IMG/VR virus record: IMGVR_UViG_3300035670_001168
Location: 1-25,175 of that record
Origin: a virus
Lineage: Duplodnaviria; Caudoviricetes
Strand: one strand, 5' to 3'
Length of the DNA stretch: 25,175 nucleotides
Shown here piece after piece: positions 17,647 through 25,175 of the stretch (positions within the stretch are counted from its first letter, which is position 1; every line of letters starts with the position of its first letter). The notes under the pieces are model-generated. The model was not told where the DNA came from, made no database searches, and saw only the letters and a list, made by a program, of their open reading frames with translations. Both the position numbers and the translations under genes were made by a program.

Positions 17647-19287
17647 TCAAACAGTATCTCTTAAGATAATGGCCAATATATCGTCACCGGTTAGCGTACT
17701 GGACAAATTAGAATCTAATGTGAACGTTGTAGTCGTAATGTTCGTTATGTCATAACCATAAGACAAGAATACACCGTTAAGGTACACATCAAGATATTCG
17801 TCTGTAGCCATTGGTAAAGTTCCAATTCCGCTAAAGGTAACAACGCCCGTGCCTGTATCGACATTACCATCGTTACCCAATAGGTAACCCTTGGCCGTAG
17901 TGTTAAGGCCAGCGTTAGATATTGTTATTGCGCCGTTAGAACCAGTTACGATCGAAATACCGGTTCCTGCAATAAACGCTGATGTTCCATCTATAAGCTG
18001 AGTATGTGAACCACTGATTTGCTGAATATAACCACGGTACCAATTGGCTCCCGTTGTGCCGAGATCATAGGAATTGCTAGTCGATGGAGCAATCGTGCCC
18101 TGGAATGTCGTACCAGAAACTGTCGCAACAACTGAATCATTAATCGCCAACGTATAACTACCGTTCGCACCAGCATCTGTCGCTAAAAGACCTGTACCGG
18201 CTGCGAATACTCTTTCATTCGACAAAGAGGCGTCAGCAGATAAAACGAGATATTGCGCTGCGGCGGAAGCCAAACCAGCGCCGGCGATAGTAACCTGACC
18301 ATTCGATGCCGAAGTAATCGATATATTGTCTCCTGCGACTAGGTAAGATGTGCCATCAACGAGTTGAGTTAACGAACCAGAAAGTCCCAAGCTAGCCTTT
18401 ACAACGCTACCAGAAATTTGCGCTGCTCGAATGTTTGAGTAGGAAGTAACAGGAATCGGTAAAGATCCTGTCGCGCTATTAGCCGTCGTCGCGAATGCAA
18501 ATTCATTTTCGGAATCATCCCAAAATGATACGACGTTATCAGAACCAGAAAGACCACCAATCCAACCACGATCGCCAGTCATTTGCGCGATAGTTCCCGA
18601 CGCAAAACCCAAACCGATCATAGAGTCTTTGATTTCTAAATTCGTCGTGTCGATCGTGGTCGTAGTACCGTTAACAGTTAAGTCTCCTGCAACAATAACG
18701 TTAGTGTTATCTAACGTTATTGCGGTATTACCGTCCGATGATTTAATTTGATTTCCTGTAACTTGCAAATTACCCTTAATCTCTGTTAGGGTATTCGAAG
18801 TCATCGTGATGTTAGTATTGCCATCGGAAGCTTGAATGTCATTGCCTGCAACCTTTAAGTCACCAGCTGTCTCTACAAGACCTCCACCACCGATCGTAAT
18901 GGTATTACTTGTCACGGAACCAAAAAGAGTCTTAGACTCATTTACATCGGAATCTAAATTACCTTGTAAAGTAATGTTACCGCCAACTTCAAAATTACCG
19001 GAACCGCTTATACTACCTGTAACATATACATTGTTTTGAAAATTAGCAATTCCAGTAGAAGGTGTAACCCTAAACGCGGTATAAATGTCAGCTAAATCTT
19101 GAGAACCGCTGAGAGAATTGTACCATCTCTCGGTACCCATTATTAATCTAACTTGAGTACGTAAAGAATTTAAGTCGTCTTCTAGCGTTCTATTGGCTTT
19201 AACTAAATTAACAGATAAAACTTGATCATCAAGTCTCGCGGGCAGCGTCCCGCTAATTTGCAGTTGTTGTACTTTAGTAATTGGCAT
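17647..19287 (-). CDS. Fibre-like structural protein (546 aa)
   Basis: GDLTVNGTTTTIDTTNLEIKD phage fibre motif; same GLSGSLT-DGTSY and YLVLS...ERVF modules as the plus-strand genes; AGGA RBS. Confidence 0.75.
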   Translation of the reverse strand: MPITKVQQLQISGTLPARLDDQVLSVNLVKANRTLEDDLNSLRTQVRLIMGTERWYNSLSGSQDLADIYTAFRVTPSTGIANFQNNVYVTGSISGSGNFEVGGNITLQGNLDSDVNESKTLFGSVTSNTITIGGGGLVETAGDLKVAGNDIQASDGNTNITMTSNTLTEIKGNLQVTGNQIKSSDGNTAITLDNTNVIVAGDLTVNGTTTTIDTTNLEIKDSMIGLGFASGTIAQMTGDRGWIGGLSGSDNVVSFWDDSENEFAFATTANSATGSLPIPVTSYSNIRAAQISGSVVKASLGLSGSLTQLVDGTSYLVAGDNISITSASNGQVTIAGAGLASAAAQYLVLSADASLSNERVFAAGTGLLATDAGANGSYTLAINDSVVATVSGTTFQGTIAPSTSNSYDLGTTGANWYRGYIQQISGSHTQLIDGTSAFIAGTGISIVTGSNGAITISNAGLNTTAKGYLLGNDGNVDTGTGVVTFSGIGTLPMATDEYLDVYLNGVFLSYGYDITNITTTTFTLDSNLSSTLTGDDILAIILRDTV

Positions 19288-19356
19288 GCTTATTTCCTAA
19301 AATTTGTATCAATACGATGATTAAATATTAGTCGATGCCAATTTTGTATTTAAATG

Positions 19357-20691
19357 TTAGTTATTTTTAAATAGTTCAAAATTTCGTAAGATTTGAGGAT
19401 CCACGTCCCTGGGATCCCTTTCACGAATATATACGGGGAATCTTACCTTTCCATCTTTTGTCAGTCCATCTCCCGTTAATGGGTCAGGTTGCCCCTCCAT
19501 CTCAACGATTCGTCCAATCCACGAATCAGGATCAAGATTAATCTCCGCCTTCATCTTGTCGGTAAATCCGCTTCCAACTCTAGTAATTACGCTGTTAGGG
19601 AGAAGAACATCGAATCCGCCCCACATACCTTCTCTCTTCGATCCTCTCCGCCCTTCATAGTGACCCACAATAATTCCTTCATAAGTCGCCACGGGTTTCA
19701 TCTTGCGAATATTTGAAGATCTTTTAAAGAGATAATGGGCACCCAGATCCTTAATCATCACACCTTCATATCCGGCGTCAGTGTCATTAAGGTATGCTTC
19801 AAGAAGTTCCTCCTGATTGTTCACAAGCCGACCTTCGACCTGGATAACTGAGGTATGAGAAACCTTATCGACCAACTCCTTGACAAGCTCAACTCGATCC
19901 GACAGTGACGAAAAATTCTCTTGATCGCGCCAGTCTTCAAAACACATAGCATCAAAAACATGGAAAATCATGTTTGAATCATCCTTGTTCTTCTTATGAG
20001 ACATGACGACGGACGCAGACTCATTCCAATCTACACCCATGATTTCACCATCGAGAACAAAGTCATCCCATGGAGCCCCCTCAAGAAGCGTTCTAATTTT
20101 AGGTAACGTTTCAAGTGGCGTGCCGTTTCGAGTGAACATAGTCACTTCTCCACCATGCTTCACAGCCACGCATCGAAGACCATCCAACTTCGGTTCTACT
20201 CGAACAGGATAATCTACCTTATCTTCAATAATGATTCCTTTTCCTTCCTCATATCGAGTCGACAAGCTTTCTGCAAGTTGAACAGAAAATCCAACAATAG
20301 CGTCAGGCCAAACCTTATTGACCGTGGTTGATTGAACACCACATCTTAGATTCTTCAATAGAATCCTGAGACACCACTTCTGCTGAATATGTGTCATCTC
20401 GCTGAAGATGTATTCGACAAATTCCTTGGCGGCATTACCAGTCTTTTTCCGACTGGCTAGATTCTCATAAATTTCATCAAGGAACTGTTCAACGACGAGA
20501 TCATCATGCCCCATGCCTTTTGCCGGCGGCATTTTGAATTTATTTACGTAGAAATTAAGATATGGATCACCCACAGCGACAAACACTCGTTTGAGAAGTT
20601 TATTATCACTGTGGGTTTCAAGAAGTTCTTCTTTAAAAAGTCGGGAATTATTGGATTCGAGATTTTCAAGAATGTCTAGGACGGATGTCAT
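19357..20691 (-). CDS. lig: ATP-dependent DNA ligase
   Basis: EPKLDGLR (motif I), FVLDGEI, FHVFDA, YEGVMIK, KMKP, VGSGF, RFPVY..ERD. Confidence 0.95.
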   Translation of the reverse strand: MTSVLDILENLESNNSRLFKEELLETHSDNKLLKRVFVAVGDPYLNFYVNKFKMPPAKGMGHDDLVVEQFLDEIYENLASRKKTGNAAKEFVEYIFSEMTHIQQKWCLRILLKNLRCGVQSTTVNKVWPDAIVGFSVQLAESLSTRYEEGKGIIIEDKVDYPVRVEPKLDGLRCVAVKHGGEVTMFTRNGTPLETLPKIRTLLEGAPWDDFVLDGEIMGVDWNESASVVMSHKKNKDDSNMIFHVFDAMCFEDWRDQENFSSLSDRVELVKELVDKVSHTSVIQVEGRLVNNQEELLEAYLNDTDAGYEGVMIKDLGAHYLFKRSSNIRKMKPVATYEGIIVGHYEGRRGSKREGMWGGFDVLLPNSVITRVGSGFTDKMKAEINLDPDSWIGRIVEMEGQPDPLTGDGLTKDGKVRFPVYIRERDPRDVDPQILRNFELFKNN

Positions 20692-20697
20692 AAACCC

Positions 20698-20706
20698 ATT
20701 CTATCA
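20698..20706 (-). promoter_or_regulatory. Extended -10 element (TGaTAGAAT) for the ligase, probably leaderless
   Basis: TAGAAT ends 6 nt before the ATG at 20691; no SD sequence in between. Confidence 0.5.
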
Positions 20707-20723
20707 TTTTTAAAGAAAACAGT

Positions 20724-21188
20724 TCATGATCGGTCTAACGTTGCTACGTCTTTTTCTTTTTTCTTTTTTGAATTTTTTTGTTGAAACGTCATTCGCTGTT
20801 CGGTGTTAGATTTTTCTACATCGAATTCTGCTGGTTCTGTCGTAGGATTCGAGCTAGAAGACTCTAATGAAACAATAGAACTATCTTCAACAACGATAGA
20901 ATGATGGATAGCATCATCTACTTGTACAGTTTGACCTGTGTCTTTAAGTAAGACTGGCGGATCTAAAACGACGACCCCTTCCTGCGGAGAAGAAACAACG
21001 ACATCAACTGCGGCTCCGAACTCTTCTTCTGTTGGAACAGAAACGCCTAAACTATTGCATTTGTGTTGCAGGGTTACGTACGTAGTGATGCCAGAAGATT
21101 TAAGAAAAGTTTTAAGATTCGTTTTTCTTCTTCTTAGCAAGTCTGTAAGTTTAATCGGGGGTAATTTCTTAATTTGAAATTTTGACAT
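20724..21188 (-). CDS. Hypothetical protein (154 aa), basic N-terminus
   Basis: GAGGT RBS; low-complexity C-terminal half. Confidence 0.8.
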   Translation of the reverse strand: MSKFQIKKLPPIKLTDLLRRRKTNLKTFLKSSGITTYVTLQHKCNSLGVSVPTEEEFGAAVDVVVSSPQEGVVVLDPPVLLKDTGQTVQVDDAIHHSIVVEDSSIVSLESSSSNPTTEPAEFDVEKSNTEQRMTFQQKNSKKKKEKDVATLDRS

Positions 21189-21215
21189 TTTTACCTCATT
21201 ATATATATCTTAAAG

Positions 21216-21503
21216 TTAATTGCTAGAGCTATTTGCTGTTTCTAGACTGTGCAGCATATCAGAAATCACGTTTTGAAATTGTGCCGAAGACGCTACATTT
21301 CGAATCTTGTCATCAGACAATCTTAGGTCCCATTCTTCGTCGAAAGCTTCGACGAACTTCGTCATAACTCTAAGAACATAGTTTCTTGCCGAAGAATGAT
21401 TCATTACGAATCCGATCTCTGACATGATATCTGCAATTTCTCGGTAATTAATTCCGTCATCATCGAGAACCGTAGCATACTCTTTGTTGTTATTCTTTTT
21501 CAT
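21216..21503 (-). CDS. Sigma region 4-like helix-turn-helix protein (95 aa)
   Basis: DGINYREIADIM...NHSSARNYVLRVMTKF resembles the sigma4.2 pattern G-x-S-Y-x-E-I-A...T-V-R/K...R-A-x-x-K-L. Confidence 0.65.
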   Translation of the reverse strand: MKKNNNKEYATVLDDDGINYREIADIMSEIGFVMNHSSARNYVLRVMTKFVEAFDEEWDLRLSDDKIRNVASSAQFQNVISDMLHSLETANSSSN

Positions 21504-21697
21504 GGTTTACGCTGCAACGAATATTTTCTGTGTTGAAGATCCAGTAATCTGTGATTTAATAGGCTGTGAATATCTTGTTCTTGAATTTGATGAGTATCAT
21601 CTTGTTGCTGACGATAAAGTTTCACTAATTTTCTTAAGTAAAAAAGCGTCATTATCGACAAAAAGATATTCGTACCCATCAATGTGATAAGAATCAT
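21500..21697 (-). CDS. Small single-TM membrane protein (65 aa)
   Basis: Hydrophobic N-terminal ~21 aa then RKLVK; ATGA overlaps at both ends. Confidence 0.65.
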   Translation of the reverse strand: MILITLMGTNIFLSIMTLFYLRKLVKLYRQQQDDTHQIQEQDIHSLLNHRLLDLQHRKYSLQRKP

Positions 21698-22485
21698 GTT
21701 AGACCATTACCTAAAGCAATTGCTGCAGCCTCTGCGTCTGTTACTTCATATTCGCTAGAATCCACATCTTCGTAGAGCCCAAATCTCAGGCGCAGAATCG
21801 CTGCTTCCTTTGTAGAAAGTCCTGTCAAAACTTTCTTGACAACGCCCATCATTTCTTTTTTTGACAAACACTCGAATGGATCATTGGCATGGTTCGTATC
21901 CTCGATTTTGTCTTCAAGAGTTGAATTACTATCGTCGCCAATTTGTTGTTGCAAAGATACGATATTCTTGCCAGACTGCATCGTCGCCTTAACGACAGTT
22001 TCTGACACGTCGATCATTTCAGAAAGTTCTTCCGAAGTAGGACCGTATCCCATCATTTCTTTAAATGAATCTGACGCTTCGATTAACTTCTTTTGCGCAG
22101 ATGCAGCATGCGCTGGGAGTCGAATGATCTTCTTACGTTTCAGGACATACTGACTAATAGCTTGCTTAATCCACCACGTCGCGTAAGTCGAAAAACGAAA
22201 ACCCTTCTTCCAGTCAAATTTATCAATCGCCTTTAGTAAACCAAGATTACCTTCTTGAATAAGATCCTCCAAAGGAATATTGTGTCCCTTGTGTTTCTTT
22301 GCGATATAAACGACAAGTCTCAAATTGGACTCGGTCAATTTTTGACGAGCACGAGTCGCGTCCTTTCCACCCTTTTCATAAGTTTGAAAAAGTTGAACTA
22401 GTTCATCATGTTCTAGTTGTGGATAGGTCTGCAACGATCCCAAATAATTCGAAATCGTATTTTGCTTTGATGTATTGTTTAGCAT
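21694..22485 (-). CDS. RNA polymerase sigma-70 family factor lacking region 4.2
   Basis: Region 1.2 (NYLGSL..YPQL), 2.1-2.4 (NLRLVVYIAKK, DLIQEGNLGL.KAIDKFD..KGFRFSTYATWWIKQAI), region 3 (PTSEELSE), 4.1 (LSTKEAAILRLRFGL), then 26 unrelated residues and stop. Likely ATG at 22485, just after the upstream gene's stop. Confidence 0.92.
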   Translation of the reverse strand: MLNNTSKQNTISNYLGSLQTYPQLEHDELVQLFQTYEKGGKDATRARQKLTESNLRLVVYIAKKHKGHNIPLEDLIQEGNLGLLKAIDKFDWKKGFRFSTYATWWIKQAISQYVLKRKKIIRLPAHAASAQKKLIEASDSFKEMMGYGPTSEELSEMIDVSETVVKATMQSGKNIVSLQQQIGDDSNSTLEDKIEDTNHANDPFECLSKKEMMGVVKKVLTGLSTKEAAILRLRFGLYEDVDSSEYEVTDAEAAAIALGNGLT

Positions 22486-22486
22486 C

Positions 22487-22810
22487 TCAATTCGACTCGC
22501 TGGTTTCAGTAGTCTCATTCGACTCAGCAAGAATTACATCAACCTCAGCCTGAGGTACAAACTTCTTCATATACTCTGCATGCAGTTCAGAACGAGTTTG
22601 ACGCAGCTGCTGCTCGCGGCGAAGATATGCAACTTCGACTTCCCAAAGATGCGCATCCTTGTTCATGGAAAGAAGGCGATTCCTTTCGTTTTCAAGGCGC
22701 TGAGAGCGATCATGGATCGCCTCGTCCGTCATATAACCGATGTCGTCCATGTTATAAACATCGGGGGTTTCATTGATGAAATTCTTGCTAGGCTTGTTCT
22801 TCTTAGACAT
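22487..22810 (-). CDS. Hypothetical helical protein (107 aa)
   Basis: AAGGA RBS; stop lies 1 nt before the sigma start. Confidence 0.8.
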   Translation of the reverse strand: MSKKNKPSKNFINETPDVYNMDDIGYMTDEAIHDRSQRLENERNRLLSMNKDAHLWEVEVAYLRREQQLRQTRSELHAEYMKKFVPQAEVDVILAESNETTETSESN

Positions 22811-22837
22811 GTTGTTTTTCCTTTTATTAACTTAGTA

Positions 22838-23056
22838 TCAGTGGACTTCGTTGTACATGGAGCACATGACGTATTCAAGTGCTTCGCTAAGATCTTTTAA
22901 GAAAGAAACAGAATCAAAAAACTCTAGTTGCGTAATTTCATTACCATTAAAAAGCTTAAATCGTCCGTGACTTGAAATATAAACCCGCAAATCATCTTTA
23001 GTATAAACAGGCTTCCAAACTTCTCGCCTTTCGGTAAGTGAAACTACGTTTGACAT
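22838..23056 (-). CDS. Hypothetical protein (72 aa)
   Basis: MSNVVSLTERR N-terminus of a type common in small phage proteins; collinear with neighbours. Confidence 0.75.
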   Translation of the reverse strand: MSNVVSLTERREVWKPVYTKDDLRVYISSHGRFKLFNGNEITQLEFFDSVSFLKDLSEALEYVMCSMYNEVH

Positions 23057-23091
23057 ATTTTTATCTTATCTCTTTATAAACTGACATTGCA

Positions 23092-23454
23092 TCAATCGAT
23101 TAACTGAATTGTTCCCCATTCATCTTTTGCGATTGTATAAACGACTTTTCGAACACCTGCAGCGCGCATTCTTCCTTGACAACCAGTACATGGTCGTGAC
23201 AAGGTCCATTCGCCAGTAGATCGCAAGACTCTTGCAACCCAAACGATAGAATCAGGAGTAAGTTTTCTTACTACACGCGCTTCCGCATGATGCGTAGGAA
23301 CTACGTTCGCGGCAGCAATATTTTTCGCAGTTACGATAACGCCATCTTTTCTAAGGCCAACAGCGCCGAGACAGAAAGAACGATTGTCATATCGTTCGGG
23401 TTTATCTCGGGCAACTTCTGCTGCCATGGCCAACATCCTCTTGTCAATCGACAT
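23092..23454 (-). CDS. Zn-dependent cytidine/dCMP deaminase-superfamily protein
   Basis: HAE and PCTGC zinc-binding motifs, LGAVG strand, GVRKVVY. Likely ATG at 23454 (MSIDKR). Confidence 0.85.
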   Translation of the reverse strand: MSIDKRMLAMAAEVARDKPERYDNRSFCLGAVGLRKDGVIVTAKNIAAANVVPTHHAEARVVRKLTPDSIVWVARVLRSTGEWTLSRPCTGCQGRMRAAGVRKVVYTIAKDEWGTIQLID

Positions 23455-23519
23455 ATAGTAATAAGACTTTATCGCAACAAGATGAAACATTGCATCCTAA
23501 TTATTTCAGGAGAATTATT

Positions 23520-24212
23520 ATGAGTATCAACGATGAAATGAAAACTTCACAAATAGGTTTAGAATTAATCACCAAGTGGGAAGGACTAAAATTAAATCGC
23601 TATACTTGTATAGCTGGTAAACCAACGATTGGTGTCGGACATGTAATTCTTCCTGGAGAAAATTATCAAACAATTACCCGCGAACAAGCGATGGACATTC
23701 TTGCAAAAGATGTAGAAAGATTCGAAAAAGCTGTCAAAAAACACATAACGGTAAAATTAAATCAAAACCAATTCGACGCATTAGTTTCTTTTATTTTTAA
23801 CACAGGCGAAGGCGGCATTATTAACACGGGCGTTCAAAAGGCGGTAAATTCTGGCAATTTTGAAATCGTTCCTGAAAAACTTCTAGAATGGAGCAAAGCA
23901 AGAATAAATGGCGTTTTGCAGACAAATAAAGGATTATATAATCGTCGTTTGTCAGAGGGCCAATTGTTTTCAAAACCTGTTCAAGGTACGACAATTCCCG
24001 AAATAAAAATGATGACATGGACGAAAACTTCGTTGATGAAAGCCCAAGAATCATTAGCAAAATTGAAACTATATACGCTTAAAATTGATGGCCTTTGGGG
24101 CCCAGGTACCCAGGCTGCTTTATTAGCTTTTGCAAATCACAGAGGATTTTCAATTGGTAACGATCCCAAAAAAGAAATTCCACTCGAAGTTTACGAGGCT
24201 TTAACTTCATGA
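23520..24212 (+). CDS. Endolysin: GH24 lysozyme plus C-terminal peptidoglycan-binding domain
   Basis: AGGAG RBS. WEG...YTCIAGKPTIGVGH, LNQNQFDALVSFIFNTG, GLYNRR.SEG.LF; C-terminal IDGLWGPGTQAAL (PG_binding_1-like). Confidence 0.92.
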   Translation: MSINDEMKTSQIGLELITKWEGLKLNRYTCIAGKPTIGVGHVILPGENYQTITREQAMDILAKDVERFEKAVKKHITVKLNQNQFDALVSFIFNTGEGGIINTGVQKAVNSGNFEIVPEKLLEWSKARINGVLQTNKGLYNRRLSEGQLFSKPVQGTTIPEIKMMTWTKTSLMKAQESLAKLKLYTLKIDGLWGPGTQAALLAFANHRGFSIGNDPKKEIPLEVYEALTS

Positions 24213-24820
24213 ATTTTTTCTTTTTTTCTTTAATTACAATATTGATAATTCAACCGATAAACGCAATAAAAGAAGCTTACTTTTTTGCAAAAACTCATGT
24301 GCAATTAAATTCAATTGCAAAAAATAAAAAAATATTGCTTTTGGGTGATTCGCTCGCCGAAGGTATGACTTCTACTTTTCATAAATTAGCAAAACAATAT
24401 GGGTATATTTCAATATCAAATTGCTTGAGGGGTTCGGGTGTGCAATATTGGTCACCCAAAATCGAAAAAATTATAACGCTAAATAAACCAGATTTGCTAG
24501 TTGTTTCATTGGGTACAAACGACTCTGGAATTGCTTCACCAGAGACTCAAAGAAAACACATAAAAAATATAAAAAATGTTGCTATAAAACACAACGTTCG
24601 TATTTTATGGATTTTACCCCAAGCCCTACCTTCACGCTTTAAAAGTCAAAACGAAATTAAGCAAATAATCATTGATGAATTAGGCGATAACGTTTTTTAC
24701 ACAAAAAACGAAATTGAAAAAACGAACGACAAAATTCATCCAACACACAAAGGATACGAAATATGGATGAATTTAATTTGGCAACGATTAATTGAAAAAG
24801 GAATTTTAAATAAAACTTAA
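24209..24820 (+). CDS. SGNH/GDSL hydrolase with an N-terminal signal or TM segment
   Basis: Blocks LLGDSL, GSG, LGTND and DKIHP; ATGA overlap with the endolysin. Confidence 0.85.
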   Translation: MNFFFFSLITILIIQPINAIKEAYFFAKTHVQLNSIAKNKKILLLGDSLAEGMTSTFHKLAKQYGYISISNCLRGSGVQYWSPKIEKIITLNKPDLLVVSLGTNDSGIASPETQRKHIKNIKNVAIKHNVRILWILPQALPSRFKSQNEIKQIIIDELGDNVFYTKNEIEKTNDKIHPTHKGYEIWMNLIWQRLIEKGILNKT

Positions 24821-25011
24821 TCTTTTTTCGAAGAGTATAGATCTTTATACCACCCGCCACCCTTCAGCGAAAAACTTGTACATGATGAAATTAATCGATT
24901 ATGACAAAAGGTTTTGCAATAAGGACACTCGGCGCCTTTTTCATCTTTAATAGATTGTCGAATTTCGAAAGAACCGCTACAGACTAAACAACCATATTCA
25001 TAAGTTGGCAT
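24817..25011 (-). CDS. FmdB-family zinc-ribbon protein
   Basis: MPTYEYGCxxC...CPxC...RLIS...FSLKGGGWY; GGAG RBS. Confidence 0.88.
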   Translation of the reverse strand: MPTYEYGCLVCSGSFEIRQSIKDEKGAECPYCKTFCHNRLISSCTSFSLKGGGWYKDLYSSKKD

Positions 25012-25023
25012 TCTAATTCTCCA

Positions 25024-25173
25024 TCAAACAACTGGAACAACACTCGTGATTATAGTTGGAAATATTACGATTTGTCCTTTTTGCTCAGGAACGCCTGGCT
25101 GTCGCGTGATTTTTAAAGGTCCTTGATGACTTACCAAAGCAGAAAGAATAGGATCAACCAGCAATTCAGAAAA
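25024..25173 (-). CDS. C-terminal end of a gene starting outside the window
   Basis: Open frame FSELLVDPILSALVSHQGPLKITRQPGVPEQKGQIVIFPTIITSVVPVV* ending 12 nt before the FmdB start. Confidence 0.55.
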   Translation of the reverse strand, partial: FSELLVDPILSALVSHQGPLKITRQPGVPEQKGQIVIFPTIITSVVPVV

Positions 25174-25175
25174 TC

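Larger units (their letters stand above)
1..25175. mobile_element. Segment of a large tailed bacteriophage genome (T4-like neck genes, probably jumbo phage)
   Basis: gp13/gp14-like neck genes, fibre-like proteins, LamG protein, ATP-dependent ligase, phage-encoded sigma factor, GH24 endolysin, many short hypothetical ORFs. No integrase or att site seen. Confidence 0.9.

Noticed and set aside
9609-18390. Invertible tail-fibre (shufflon-like) system or diversity-generating retroelement
   Set aside because: The repeats are conserved as protein but diverged at synonymous sites; no identical crossover sites, recombinase, reverse transcriptase or adenine-specific TR/VR pair seen in the window.
21500-21697. 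65-aa TM protein as the holin
   Set aside because: It is coupled to the sigma operon on the opposite strand from the endolysin, and one TM segment is not enough evidence.
21600-21775. Sigma gene as a frameshifted pseudogene
   Set aside because: I did not see a TRERIRQ-like region 4.2 continuing downstream; the stop forms a clean ATGA overlap with the next gene and regions 1.2-4.1 are intact.
21836-22900. Plus-strand ORFs including 22475..22900 (141 aa)
   Set aside because: Antisense to the sigma gene and its RBS-bearing upstream neighbour.
1-25175. Stop-codon reassignment, as seen in some large phages
   Set aside because: Long ORFs tile the window in the standard code, and TAA, TGA and TAG all end genes at sensible boundaries.
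1-25175. CRISPR array, tRNA or rRNA genes
   Set aside because: Intergenic gaps are short; I saw no spaced direct repeats or cloverleaf signatures. A covariance-model scan was not possible.

Overview
Gene-dense, AT-rich segment that reads in the standard genetic code and looks like part of a large (probably jumbo, T4-like myovirus-type) tailed phage genome. From left to right: (1) a three-gene, bacterial-type envelope operon: a DUF1549/DUF1553-like CxxCH protein that starts outside the window, a Cys-rich lipoprotein, and a twin-arginine DUF1501-like protein. Its style suggests a myxobacterial or deltaproteobacterial origin (inference). (2) Several small hypothetical genes. (3) A virion module: T4 gp13-like and gp14-like neck proteins, three large Ser/Gly/Thr-rich fibre-like proteins built from shared peptide modules, and a LamG protein. 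(4) A minus-strand block: ATP-dependent DNA ligase, a sigma-70 factor that stops before its region 4.2 helix-turn-helix, a small membrane protein, a separate sigma4-like HTH protein, and a Zn-dependent deaminase. (5) A GH24 endolysin coupled to an SGNH esterase, and an FmdB-type zinc-ribbon gene. Best candidates for new biology: an apparently split sigma factor together with a TATWWA element 4-6 nt before the ATG of genes lacking a Shine-Dalgarno site, the phage-borne DUF1549/lipoprotein/DUF1501 operon, and the endolysin-esterase pair. All family assignments come from recognising motifs by eye; no searches were run.
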